A stretch of 63,962 nt of DNA, filler included, from Saprolegnia diclina VS20 (Eukaryota): assembly GCF_000281045.1 (NCBI RefSeq). It is 11 parts of 3 records of this genome, joined end to end, with 100 filler letters (N's around TTAATTAATTAA, not from the genome) between each part and the next. Parts side by side here need not be neighbours in the genome. Positions count along the whole stretch, not along the records: positions 1 to 11,034 come from NW_008246181.1; positions 11,135 to 12,793 come from NW_008246181.1; positions 12,894 to 14,137 come from NW_008246181.1; 8 more parts are not named here. One strand, written 5' to 3'. The translations under genes were made by a program, and so were the position numbers. Below the pieces are notes generated by a model that saw only the letters and a program-made list of their open reading frames with translations, had not been told where the DNA came from and searched no databases. Shown one piece after another: positions 1-13,477 of this stretch; position 1 is the first letter of the stretch, and every line of letters begins with the position of its first letter.

Positions 1-531
1 GGTGGAGCGTCGTACCAGTCAGTAGAACTGTAGTGGAGCGGGTTATTTTGTGGTTCTGGTGTGGGCTGCAACTCGTGCTTCCGCGGCTGGACCTTGGGAC
101 ATGGACCATCTTTGCGAACAGCAGTCCGTGCGTCAGCGGCGGTACAACGTCATTCTGCACACTATTTTTCACTACCGTCACCTTTGGTCGATGCACTGGC
201 CTGAGCCAAGCCAAACTGAGAAATCCATCCTTGGTGAAGCACTGAGCAAAGTCCGTGCCTTGTTTCTACTGGACCCATTCAACGAGTCGTTCGTGAGGGT
301 GCTGTACTGCATGTACTGTTCTGCACGACGATCCCGCTCCCATATACTGAGTACACCCAAGGGTATACATCTCTTATATACCCTTGGTACACCGTCGCGT
401 TGCGGCGCGATCCGTCACGTTGTGTCCGACTCGACGTTCCCGCTGAAATCGATTTGACATTGAGAAAAGGATTTGAAAAAGAGTCCAAAGCCCTCGTTCA
501 AATTCACTTTACATTGCTTACCAACGTGCCC

Positions 532-999
532 ATGTCGTCGATCGATGCGCGTCTTGCCGAACTCGGGTACGTCCTCCCGGGCGTGACCACACCCAAAGGC
601 AACTACAAGCTCGCGGTGCGCTCGGGCAACCTGATCTTCACGGCGGGCCACATCGCAGCGAACGCAACCGGTGAGCATCTCGTCGGTAAAGTCGGTCAGG
701 ATGTCACGATCGAAGCTGCGTACGAAGCTGCGCACCTCGTGGCACTCTCGCTCCTCGCGACGATCAAGGCGGAGCTCGGTGGCGACCTCGGCAAAGTCAA
801 GCGGATCGTCAAGACGATGGGCTTTGTCAACTGCGTCGATGGCTTCACGCAGCAAGCGTCGGTCATCAACGGCTGCTCCGATACGTTTGCCAAGATCTTT
901 GGCGACCACGACGTTGGCGCCCGCTCGGCGGTCGGCACGAACGCGCTTCCGCTCAACGCGCCCGTTGAGATTGAGCTCATTATTGAGATCGACGCGTGA
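532..999 (+). CDS. RidA/YjgF/YER057c/UK114 family protein (155 aa, intronless)
   Basis: ATG at 532 gives MSSIDARLAELG..GNLIFTAGH..ARSAVGTNALPLNAPVEIELI, typical Rid-family motifs. Confidence 0.9.
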   Translation: MSSIDARLAELGYVLPGVTTPKGNYKLAVRSGNLIFTAGHIAANATGEHLVGKVGQDVTIEAAYEAAHLVALSLLATIKAELGGDLGKVKRIVKTMGFVNCVDGFTQQASVINGCSDTFAKIFGDHDVGARSAVGTNALPLNAPVEIELIIEIDA

Positions 1000-1280
1000 A
1001 CGACTACGACCTATCGCTTTCACTTTAGCCCTAGCCCACACCCGACGACCTGAAATTGTCCATATAATACCCACGTTTGGCTTTTGACGCTTCGCCATAT
1101 ATTGTGTGTCATCTATGGTGGGCATTCTTCTCGAATCTCATCTGCTGCAGCCACATGTATTAATATTAATAGCTCAACTAGGTCGTTGTTTAGTCGTTTT
1201 ATCGACTAAACAGCGACGGGCATCCGGAAAGTAACCATAGCATCCGGTTGTTGAATTGGATCCATTTTCGATCGGCGACC

Positions 1281-3536
<2,256 letters not shown>

Positions 3537-3597
3537 TCGAGACAGCGAACGACAAGACGACAAGAAGAAGATGAGACGCAGAACCAGATCTTAGCGG

Positions 3598-4215
3598 CTA
3601 CAGCCGGTAGCTCGTGCAGCCGCTCTCAAGTGTTCTTTGGAAATCCATCGCGCTGTCAAAGTACTGCATCTTCGAGTTGCTGGACATGTGCAGGAGCTCT
3701 TCGTCGATCGCGGAAATGATGAGGAGGAGCTCGTCGTAGCTGCGCGCATGGCTCCGCAGCGCGTGCTCGACGCGTCTTCGACTCGACGCACGCTCGTGGC
3801 CGGAGCTCTCTTGGCGCCAGTCGGCATAGTACATGCTGCTACTAGGATCGGGGCGGGGTGCATACAAGGTGGGCGGCTCCGGTGCGTACGGACGCGCCGC
3901 CTCGTCCGGTGACCGGCCATAGCCGGCGGCAAGCTCCTCATGCCTCCTCGCGCGCCACACGGCTGTCGGCGAGGTCGGATCGACATACTGGGGCTTGGCA
4001 TGGTACGCGTCGGCGTGATCGTCGCGCCGGAGCGGGTATACCTGCTGCTGCTCGCTCGGCGACGGGCTCGTGTGGGGCGACGACCGGTGGTCTAGCTGCG
4101 CCTGTGGCCGGTGGTACTCGGGCGCCATGTGCATGCCATGGTGCTGGTGGAGCCGCGGCAGCGGACCGTCGGCGCCCATGGCAGGACTCGCCAGCATCCG
4201 ACCGTCCGGGTTCAT
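3598..4215 (-). CDS. Hypothetical protein, P/H/Q-rich N-terminus and helical (KIX-like?) C-terminal domain
   Basis: 205-aa ORF with genome-typical codon usage, convergent with katanin. The C-terminal ~60 aa look amphipathic-helical. Confidence 0.6.
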   Translation of the reverse strand: MNPDGRMLASPAMGADGPLPRLHQHHGMHMAPEYHRPQAQLDHRSSPHTSPSPSEQQQVYPLRRDDHADAYHAKPQYVDPTSPTAVWRARRHEELAAGYGRSPDEAARPYAPEPPTLYAPRPDPSSSMYYADWRQESSGHERASSRRRVEHALRSHARSYDELLLIISAIDEELLHMSSNSKMQYFDSAMDFQRTLESGCTSYRL

Positions 4216-5271
4216 GCTTCAAGCGACGTCTAACAACGGACTGGGAACGTGGAATATTTGCCGAACCCGATATCCGGATGTCGGCCCAACGTCCAACTCT
4301 ATCCGGATCCGCGGGGCCTCTGCCCGGTGCACATAGGCGCGTCTGCGTGAGCATACGGAGCATGCGATCGACGGAAGCGACTTCATCCAGTTGCAGGAAG
4401 AGGACGAAGCTGGTTCTTCTGCGTCATGAACTCGGTCATGTCCAAGGACATTTGGCGGCGATCGCGTCCTGGGTCGTGTGGCAGCTGCGAAAGATCGCGC
4501 GCGCTGATTGGTTCGTTGGCTGATATGAAGGAAGGCGCACTTGAGTAACCAATATATTTCGCATGAGATTGGTTGGTTTCAATATTTGTGTATGCGCACG
4601 TCTTCTTCCAAAGAAGATCCAAGCAAATCACACGAAGTCGGCGGCAAAACTCTCGTGCAAGATATGGTGTGTGGTGGAATAGGGCTTCGACTGCGTACTA
4701 GTATGGTCTATCCTACGGACCAATATGCCTGTGTAGAGAGATGCACATTGATACAGTGTATTAATAATAGGGTTAACCTTAGTTTAGCCGGTGGGGTTTA
4801 GGCTAAACCTCACTCAATATAGAGCCGCAACACTGTTGTCGTCCAATGTGCAAATCCCCAGCGACACATTTCGGTGTTGCAATCGTCCACCAAACACTGT
4901 TTCAGGATCGTGGGCGCCGTTCCACGCACTGCTGTTGGCCATCATGCAAAACAGTGTATGCAACGCTGTTTTCATCCACTGTTTTCATGGCTGCGGTCGT
5001 ACACCATCATGACAACCAGACACGAACCCAAGTTGAACAGCAGTATGCATAGTCATTACCGAATTGCTCGTTGCCGATAGTATCGCAGTATATTGTTGTT
5101 TAGCATGCAGTGTACTTCTACAAACGGTGCCAAGGCGCTATCTGACAGGCAAATTATAAATACTAAGAGGTTTTCTTAGCGTACACTGGTCTGGTCGCTG
5201 GTGGACGGCGAAATATCGATTTTGAGAGTATTTCGCTGGAGACGGGCAGAGGGACGCGACCGAGGACCAGC

Positions 5272-7589
5272 ATGTCCCGCTTCGCCAAGATCGAGCTCAA
5301 GGCCGACATTCGCGTGCACCGAAAGCAGGTCCGATGGCTCCTCCACGAGCTTCTGCACGCTGGCGAGCCTGTGACCGTGTGCTTCGAGAGCCCGCGGCTG
5401 GGCCTCGAGGTGGCCTGCCGCCCGCCCACGGTCCTTCGCGTCACCAACATCAATCCTGGCGCGCGTCTTGCGCTTCGCATTGGCGACTACGTTACGGGTG
5501 TCAATGACCGCGACTTGACCATGGAAGGCGCCGACCAGAACGACTTCAAGGCCATCGTGGCGGCCGCGCCGCGCCCTTTAGTTCTGCACGCGAGTCGCCT
5601 CGGTCAGCCCAAGGCCGCGCGCCAAGACGCAACGCTGTCTACGCTCCAGGCCATCCTTGCACAGGCGAAAGCGCTCGAGATTCAAGGCAAGGAGCTCACG
5701 ATGAAGTCGGTGCCGCTGTACCGGGCGTGCACGGACGACGAGGCAAGCCTGATGAAGAGTACGCTGTCGTGCCAGGGCGACCTACTGGCCACCATTGTCC
5801 GAGAGGCCAATGCGATGCGCGACGGGATCCTCGCATCCAAAGAGATGCGGCTGCGCCACGAGCTCGACACGTGGGTCAGCGCCAAGATGGCCGTGCACGT
5901 CGACCACGTTCACCGCAGCCTCCCCATCGTGACCAAGTTGATGAACAAAGTCGCATCTGCTCGGCTCGCCGAAGCGCTCGACACGTCGTGGGCCGCCAAG
6001 TACGGCCCGGTCGAGCTCAAGTGGCTTCAGAGCAGCGAAAACCGCATTCGAGTCCTCTTGGCGTGGTTCCTCGAAGGCCTCGGACAAGACCACGCGCATG
6101 CAGCGGCGGTCGACACATCCCAGCGCATTGCGCAGCAGCTCGTGCACGACTACACGTCGCTATGGATGAGCAATCTCGACGCGCCGCCGGGCAACGTTCA
6201 GAAGCTATTTTTCGAACACGCGCGCCGGCTCAAGACGGCGGTGGCGCTGCCCAAGAACACGCAACTGCGGCAGCAGCTCATGGCTGGACACATCTCGCCC
6301 TCGTCGTTCTTGGCCATGTCGGCCGACGAGCTCGCGCCGCCGCAGTTGCGCGAAGAGCGTCAAGCGTACGCGTCGCAGGCCATGGAAAATACGATTCTCA
6401 AGACGCCGACGACAACCAAAGCGCTCATCACGACCAAGAACGGCTTCAAGGAAGTCGCGACGCCCCACGCAATCGAGTTGCCTGCCATCGAGAGCCCGGC
6501 TGAGATCTCAGACGCAACGTCTTCACCGATCGCACGACCCCAGCCGCGGCCGCTTCCCTCCACCAAGCCCGTGCTGGTACCCTTGCCGTCCAATGCGCGC
6601 GCCCTGCACGTTGTGCCGTCGCCGCGAAGCGTGCCACGTCACGTCCCGCCCAAGCCAAAGACCGCGCCGTCTCCGCATTCCGCTGCATCGCCGATCCCAA
6701 GTAGCCGCCCCAAGTCGATCGAGGAGCTTCGGCGCTTGGCGACCGATGACGTGCGATCCAGTAAGCGCCAGCGTGTCGACGCACCGGCGGTCATCACGTC
6801 AATCAACGCGCCGGACCCGTCGCGCCTGGAAGAATTGGTGCTTGACGACCTCACAGTGCTGTCGACAACGCTGTACTTTCTGCGGGCAGTGCTCGAAAAC
6901 AAGGCGGCGACCGATAAGCGACTCGCCGAGCTTGTGATGCGCGTCGAGAATGCGTCGCAGTACCAAGTGGCCACGAACGTGCTGGTACCTGTCATCCGAC
7001 TGTATGGACAGCCGTGTCGAATGGGGATCGTTGCGTAGGCCAAGATTGCGTCGACGACGGTACATGGAGAATACCGCGTGGATGTCGCGATCGGTGCATA
7101 CTACTTGCGCATCATGACCGCCGAGTGCCTGCCGCACAACCGATACCCGAAAGAAGAAGTGGTCCGACACCTAATGGCACTCACCACAAGCCTCCATGGC
7201 CGCTGGAGCTCGCTTCTCGATACGTTTGCCCAGCAATTGGGCGAGCACGAAGTCAAGCGGCGTGAAAGCGCGCGCGTCCTCGCCGTCGAACACTTGATCG
7301 AGAGCGCCCGCCAACACGTACATAAGGACCTTCTTGTAGCTGTGACTAAGTTTGCCTTTTGCGATAGTTTCGACTCGAAGAGAAGCGCGTGAACGGTCTC
7401 TGTCTCTGCCTCATTCGCGTCAACGCGACGCTTGTCGCCAAAGGCAGCGGCCGCGACGACCCGGCGGCCAAGAGAGCCGCGTGTGAAATGCTCGGTGAGT
7501 TCCTTGTCTCTGTGCTGCTCTACCATGCGCCGGCCAACCGCCACTACCGCAACGCACTGCAGAAAGGCCGGCGTCTGAGCCCGACTTGA
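5272..7589 (+). CDS. Multidomain protein: PDZ-like, TFIIS central domain, Pro-rich linker and dsRBD-like C-terminus
   Basis: Exons ~5272-6984, 7039-7317, 7368-7589. PDZ-like LGLEV..LRIGDYVTGVND; TFIIS_M-like PKNTQLRQQLMAGHISPSSFLAMSADELAPPQLREER; dsRBD-like LVAKGSGRDDPAAKRAACEML. Confidence 0.7.
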
Positions 7590-8254
7590 CGGATGTAGGA
7601 CTAGATTTTTAATAGATAGGACATTGTTGGCGTTGGCAGATTGTCTTTTGGATGGAACTAGCTCTTGAAGGACGTACGGACCACGTTCTCTCTGTTTCCA
7701 TCTACTATTGTGGTTCAGTGGATTGTAGTCGCGAGGTTGAGCGGGGATGCCCGGCTGGAGCACCCTTGCTGGGTTGCGAGTTGGCCTTGTGAAGCCAACG
7801 ACGAGGTAGCAGTGCGTTGCCCAAAGGCTCGGCTGGCATGTTGCGTCCTGCTGTGTTGAGCCTCGCCTCAGCCAACTTTTCGCATGCGGCTCATCTGCAG
7901 CTCTCATCTGCCTCACGGACCAGTATGTCACCCAGCTGCTGTCGTTGTGCTTGTCGTAGCTCGCACTTGAAGCCTGCGGCAGGTCATCGATGACCAGCGG
8001 CTGACGAGCTGTGCGCTGCTTTATGTCTCTTGCTTTGTTGTCAGCTTTCCTGGACCAGCGCGAGCATGTGCAGTTAGTTGGTATCCACGTACTACTATGG
8101 AACTTGACACATCTGATTCTGGTTGATAGCAATCCAGATACGGAATCGTTTCCGCCAATAGCGATCCTGTATTCTAGACAATGTCCTGACCTCCCGCACC
8201 GCACCGCACAACGTTGTGACAACCTTGTGCAATACCACGACTTGCATCTCTGTC

Positions 8255-8270
8255 GCTCATTCTGCAATTG
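8255..8270 (+). promoter_or_regulatory. Oomycete INR+FPR core promoter element
   Basis: GCTCATTCTGCAATTG matches consensus GCTCATTYBNNNWTTY at 15/16 and ends 4 nt before the ATG at 8275. Confidence 0.7.
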
Positions 8271-8274
8271 GACC

Positions 8275-11021
8275 ATGCGCGCCTCGACGTTGTTGCTCGG
8301 TCTCGTCGCGTCCGCGGCCGCCCAGTCGTGCAAGTACGCCACGTACAGCAGCAAATACGTGCTCGTGTCGGACGCCAACTGCCCGGCTTCCTCTACAGGG
8401 TGTTTTGTCGACTTGACCTGTCGAATGGACAACTCGTACTCGGGCGCGGTCACTGTATGGACGCGTGTCTCCTCTGTGGGTGACATGACCAACTATCCTC
8501 TCTCGACATTGTACTGGTTTGATGCACCAAGGTCCATGACTGACGATTTTTTCAGGAGCTTGATCAACTCGACAAGCTTGGACCTGACCAAGATGACGCT
8601 GCCCAGCAACGTAGCGACAATGTACGAGACGCATGCACCGCATTTCCATGGTGACACGTTGCGTTAGGGTTGTCGAAAACGTCGGGACGCTCGACATTAG
8701 TGTTGGGTCGGTGCTCACCCCCGGCATTTGGTATCCGGCTGCGAATGATCTTGGTGAAGTATGACGGGTGTGGTAGGGCGATCAAGAATGTAAGCATGGT
8801 CTCGATGCCATCGTCTTGGCCGTCGACCGTGCAGTCCATGTACTCGATCCACATACACCCGATTGTGTGCTCACCTCGTGTACAGTTACTTGCAAAACAC
8901 CGGTCTCACGCGGTACCCCGCCGGGTTGCCGTCGTCCCTACAGAATTTGTACGACACCCTCCGTCGTGCAGTGCTTACGCGTGCGCAGGGGGCTTTACAT
9001 GAACCGCATTCCTGAAGTGACAAGTCTGCCAAGTCAGCTCGGCATGGTGTATGTAAACCACCAGCTTGCGTTTGCATGACAAAGGAGCTAGAGATCTACG
9101 CTTCAACCCAATCACAAAGCTCGTGAACCTCGACATGACGGCCAACATGAACACCTTGTATGGCCAATAGCTCTATCCTGCACTCTAGTATCTCATATCT
9201 CGTACGAATCTGTCCGTAGGGACATTAGCAACACGCCCATTACGACGCTCTCCCGCGTCAGTTTGAGCGACAAGATGAAATACTTGTACGTCCGTCGACA
9301 AGCGCAGCCAAATCATGGGGTGATGCGTAGTGCTTGCTACAACTGTACGCGGCTCGTCAACGTCACCATCACGCAATCGACCTTCAACGCTCTTGATCGT
9401 CTTGGCGAGTACAAATATGTCAACGAGACGTTCGACAACGGCATTGAACGCACCGAAAGAGGACCTACTGGATTTTACATTACGAAGTCATTGACTATGG
9501 ATCCCGCCCCGTGCGCTGCGATTGGTGGCACCACCAAACAGCTCTGGTATGGCAAAGGAACCAAATACGCCTGGGTCGTTTGTGTCCTACCGGTACCTCG
9601 GTACTCTTGCCTCTGCATGGAACTTACACTTGATCGTAGACAAGCTTGGGCAAATCGCATCGTCCACCCCGACGACGACCACGCCGACGACGTCCACGCC
9701 GATCTCAGTCCCCAGTGAATCGAGCAGCAGCAGTACTATCGCCCACGCCCATACTTCATCTCATGCAAAGGTATTAGACACGGCGGTGATTGCGGGTGTT
9801 GCTGCGACCGTCTTCATTCTTGTCGCGATCCTCGGGTTTTGCATCTACCGTCGCCGACAGGGCAAGTCCACCTCGACGAGTGACGTGGCGCAGCCGGATG
9901 ATGCCGCCACTTGCTACTTTCCGGTGCTGCTGACGCCTGCCGTCTCGATGGGCACGGGCACCGGTCTCTCGACTGCGCAGTACCAGAGCTCCAAGCGCGG
10001 CAGTCTCATCGTTGAGGACGGCGACGATGTCCTCAACATGGCCCCGCTGCGCAAGTTCAAGCTCGAGGTCGACGACTTGGTCACAGTCGGGTCCAAGCCA
10101 ATTGCGTCCGGCGCCTACGGTGACGTGTGGCGCGGCCGCTACTTGAAGGACGACGTCGCGATCAAGCGCATCAAGCACGACTCGACGCGCCACATTCAAA
10201 AGTTTATGGACGAGATCCTCCTCATGTCCAAGTACGTCTCAGCCATCTCTACCCCGTACTTACGGAGTGTCGTAGAATGCAGTGCAACTACATTGTCGAG
10301 TTTGTCGGTGCGTCGTGGCGTCGGCCGACCGACCTCGCGTGTGTCGTCGAGTACATGGACCTCGGGGACCTCCGGTCGTTCCTGTCCAAGACGACGCCGG
10401 ACCAGTTTACGTGGCCGCAAAAGCACATGAGCATTAGCAGTATCGTGCACGGCCTCTTATACCTCCACACGTTTGAGACACCGATCATCCACCGCGACCT
10501 CAAGTCCCGCAACGTGCTCCTCGACTCGAAAAAGGTAGCATCATCGAGGGATCTGAAGCCTCCTTTGACGACACTTCGCAGGGCACAAAGCTGACCGACT
10601 TTGGCGAGTCGCGCGAGGTCGACGAGAACACGCTCACGTGTGGCATTGGCACGTACCAATGGATGGCGCCCGAGGTCATTTCGGGTAGAGAGTACACGGT
10701 GGCCGCCGACGTCTACTCCCTCGGTATGTGAGCCCTTGTTGGGGATAGGGTTGCTTAGTCATCTTGTGTCTAGGGGTGCTGCTCACTGAGTTTTCGACGC
10801 ACTTGACGCCGTACACGGACATGATCAACCCGCACACGCAGAAGCAGTTTAACCAGCAGTACCTCCTTACGCAAGTGACGTCCGGGAAGATCCGACCCAC
10901 GATCGACGTGTCGACGACACCGACGTGGGTGGCCGACTTGGCGCTGCAGTGCATGGCGACGAACCCGGAAGATCGCCCGAGCATCATGGTCATCGCTGCC
11001 ATGGTCCCTCGCATTGTCTAA
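8275..11021 (+). CDS. Receptor-like TKL protein kinase with signal peptide, LRR ectodomain and TM helix
   Basis: Signal peptide MRASTLLLGLVASAAA; about 7 LRR mini-exons; TM VIAGVAATVFILVAILGFCIY-RRR; kinase motifs SGAYGDVW, VAIK, HRDLKSRN, DFG, WMAPE, ADVYSLG; stop at 11021. Confidence 0.9.
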
Positions 11022-11034
11022 GACGACTGACTGA

Positions 11035-11134
11035 NNNNNNNNNNNNNNNNNNNNNNNNNNNNNNNNNNNNNNNNNNNNTTAATTAATTAANNNNNNNNNN
11101 NNNNNNNNNNNNNNNNNNNNNNNNNNNNNNNNNN
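11035..11134. other. Artificial scaffold spacer N44-TTAATTAATTAA-N44. Repeated at 12794, 14138, 15805, 22787, 47084, 48234, 49766, 51136 and 53631; plain N100 gaps at 49056 and 53018
   Basis: Identical 100-bp block containing a six-frame stop linker. It is an assembly artefact, not biology. Confidence 0.97.
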
Positions 11135-11229
11135 CGAAACGCAGTTGGCACCGTCTGAGTACAAGAGTCGGTTTGTATTTCGGGCGTCGTTGGCGGGTAC
11201 GAATTGTGAGTAGAGTAGCAAATCACCGA
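11135..11229. repeat. 95-bp perfect inverted repeat, left arm (partner 12699-12793); related copy at 15407-15492
   Basis: CGAAACGCAGTTGG...AATCACCGA is the exact reverse complement of 12699-12793. The two arms form the two ends of the contig. Confidence 0.95.
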
Positions 11230-12409
11230 CTCAGATGCACTCGAAATGTGCCGGTGACAGCTGCCGGTGACCCAAGGTGTACTCGACGCTGCGACAGCTG
11301 CGCCTTGATCAGAGCACGACTTTGACCTGATCAGAGCGACGCGCACGGCGCGGCTCGCGAGACCCATCTGGGACCGAGGTCAACTAGATCAGATAATAGA
11401 AGGGGTACCCAAGATCGTTCTCCAATGTGATCTCGACGCACGAAATATGTTTTGTGGCAGCATGGGATGGGTGCCTCGGACTGTGTTTGCATCGATGCGT
11501 GACGGCAGCAACTCTTGCAGGACGCGTTTGCCTTCGTTGTAATATCGCACTGGGATTGAATACCTCTGCAGCAGCCTTTTATCAAGGCTAGAAAATGTCG
11601 CCCCTTGATTTTATGCCCAATTTGGTATCGCCCATCATCGCGAGCTACTTGAATTGGTTGCTTTTTGCCAGCCGAAAAGTCTTTAACGTTCCTGGCAAGC
11701 GTCGCACACATCAATGTAGTATCTTTGTGGTACTCGAACGTTGCATATCGGTACATCGAGCCTAGAAACTTCCTCCTCCTTCTAATACACTCGCTCGCTT
11801 GGTCGCGGTTGCGCTGGCGGCGGCACGGGGCTCATCGACCGGTAGCTCGTCTGAGTTTTGAGCAGGACGATGCTTTAGGATATACTAGTACACGGCGATT
11901 CGGAGCTCGTGCTCTCGATCACCATTGTCAGATGCGTACGTCTGATTTCGCAATGCGATGACTGCTGCTCCCTATGGATGGTTTTTCAAAGTTGTCGGAA
12001 ACCGATACTGTACTTTAGTAAGAGGCTTGTTTACTCGTGTCCTCGAGGCGGCAAGTTTTAGACCGGCTTGTGCGAATCAGACTCGTGGATTTTTCATCTC
12101 TAGGCCACAGACAATACCCACGGCGTGACTTTGGATCCGGTATCAATGCGCAACATACGGTACCGAGTACCACCTCGTGTCACCAGCACTAAGTTCTTAT
12201 TTCGCATACCAGCGCAAGCTTAGTCGGTCGGAATCGAATAGTTATTCTGGTGGCTAGCTACTAGTATGACGACCAACATACTATCCAAGATATGAACGAT
12301 CTTTTCAACTCAGATAGTGCCGTGAATGTCGTGCTTCGGTTGCTGTGATCAAGGCCGCGATCTCTAGCCGATGCAAGAGCGCTTGTTCAATTGACGACCT
12401 TCCAACAAC

Positions 12410-12553
12410 ATGTTTGCTCCATCTTCCATCCTCTTTTCGCTTGCCGCGCTCTCGAGCGTCACCGACGCAACCTCGCTCCGTGCTGCGGAGAACGGTACTA
12501 GCGACCACCCCGAGATGGTTGGCGGTGCCGAAGCGGCAATCGGCAAGCACTAA
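12410..12553 (+). pseudogene. Truncated trypsin-like protease gene fragment
   Basis: MFAPSSILFSLAALSSVTDATSLRAAENGTSDHPEMVGGAEAAIGKH* aligns with the N-terminus of the trypsin at 15536 and is interrupted by repeat sequence. Confidence 0.85.
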
Positions 12554-12698
12554 TCAAGGCGCAGCTGCTCACGTCGCAGCGTCGAGTACACCTTGGGTCA
12601 CCGACACATTTCGAGTGCGTCTGAGTTCACCTGATTGAACTGTACGGTCGTTGCACCACGACCCTTCATCAGATCCGATTATCAGACCTCACACGACC

Positions 12699-12793
12699 TC
12701 GGTGATTTGCTACTCTACTCACAATTCGTACCCGCCAACGACGCCCGAAATACAAACCGACTCTTGTACTCAGACGGTGCCAACTGCGTTTCG
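12699..12793. repeat. 95-bp perfect inverted repeat, right arm (partner 11135-11229)
   Basis: Direct sequence comparison. Confidence 0.95.
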
Positions 12794-13119
12794 NNNNNNN
12801 NNNNNNNNNNNNNNNNNNNNNNNNNNNNNNNNNNNNNTTAATTAATTAANNNNNNNNNNNNNNNNNNNNNNNNNNNNNNNNNNNNNNNNNNNNAAATTTA
12901 CGCTGAGTAAATTACCATACTCTGTTTGCTCTGTACACTTGGTTGAGGAACTTGATCTAGGCAGGTGGAGGCGGGAGCGCGATGCACGGGACAAGGTGCT
13001 GGCGCGAACAGTCATGCTGGGCGAGGAGCTGGAGAAGCCGACGTAGAGCAGGCTGCTCGGGCTCTTAAGCGAAGCTGTCGTGCAAGTGCAGTTGAGCGAC
13101 AAGCGCCGCCTTGAGGGCC

Positions 13120-13400
13120 ATTGTCCAAGTGGCAGCACGACTCTTGCTCAGAGCAGAAGAGGCACCCTTGGTCGGCTGTAAGGAGCCAGTGCAAATGAGC
13201 GCGGAATTTGACCGCGCGGAACATCACTTGGTAGACGAAGTCGGCGCACTTGCGTAAGATGGCGTCGGGTAGTCGGAGCTCAGCTGCAGAGGCTACATCA
13301 GCAAGCGCTACGTGAAAGACGTCGCCAACGCCCAGGTGGCGGATCAGAACTGGTGCCCCTGCATGAATTGTTTCCAGTACACATATGTCGTCCGACTGTT
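13120..13400 (-). mobile_element. Decayed non-LTR retrotransposon 3' fragment (zf-RVT-like)
   Basis: KCADFVYQVMFRAVKFRAHLHWLLTADQGCLFCSEQESCCHL resembles the CxxC..E..HL zinc-binding region downstream of LINE reverse transcriptases. Confidence 0.5.
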
Positions 13401-13477
13401 TCCTCCATATCGACCACATGTTGCCCTGCATGCGAATAGAAAAAGTGGTGGCTGGCATTAGCGGAGGGACATCCATA

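Noticed and set aside
7101..8492. 463-aa minus-strand ORF
   Set aside because: Overlaps two convincing plus-strand genes and has no domain-like features.
11079..11090. Recurrent palindrome TTAATTAATTAA at ten sites
   Set aside because: Always centred in N-runs; it is an artificial six-frame-stop scaffold linker.
11460..11830. Possible Crypton/tyrosine-recombinase remnant (NVKDFSAGKKQPIQVARDDG) inserted in the trypsin-paralog contig
   Set aside because: Resemblance is too short and degenerate to support without a search.
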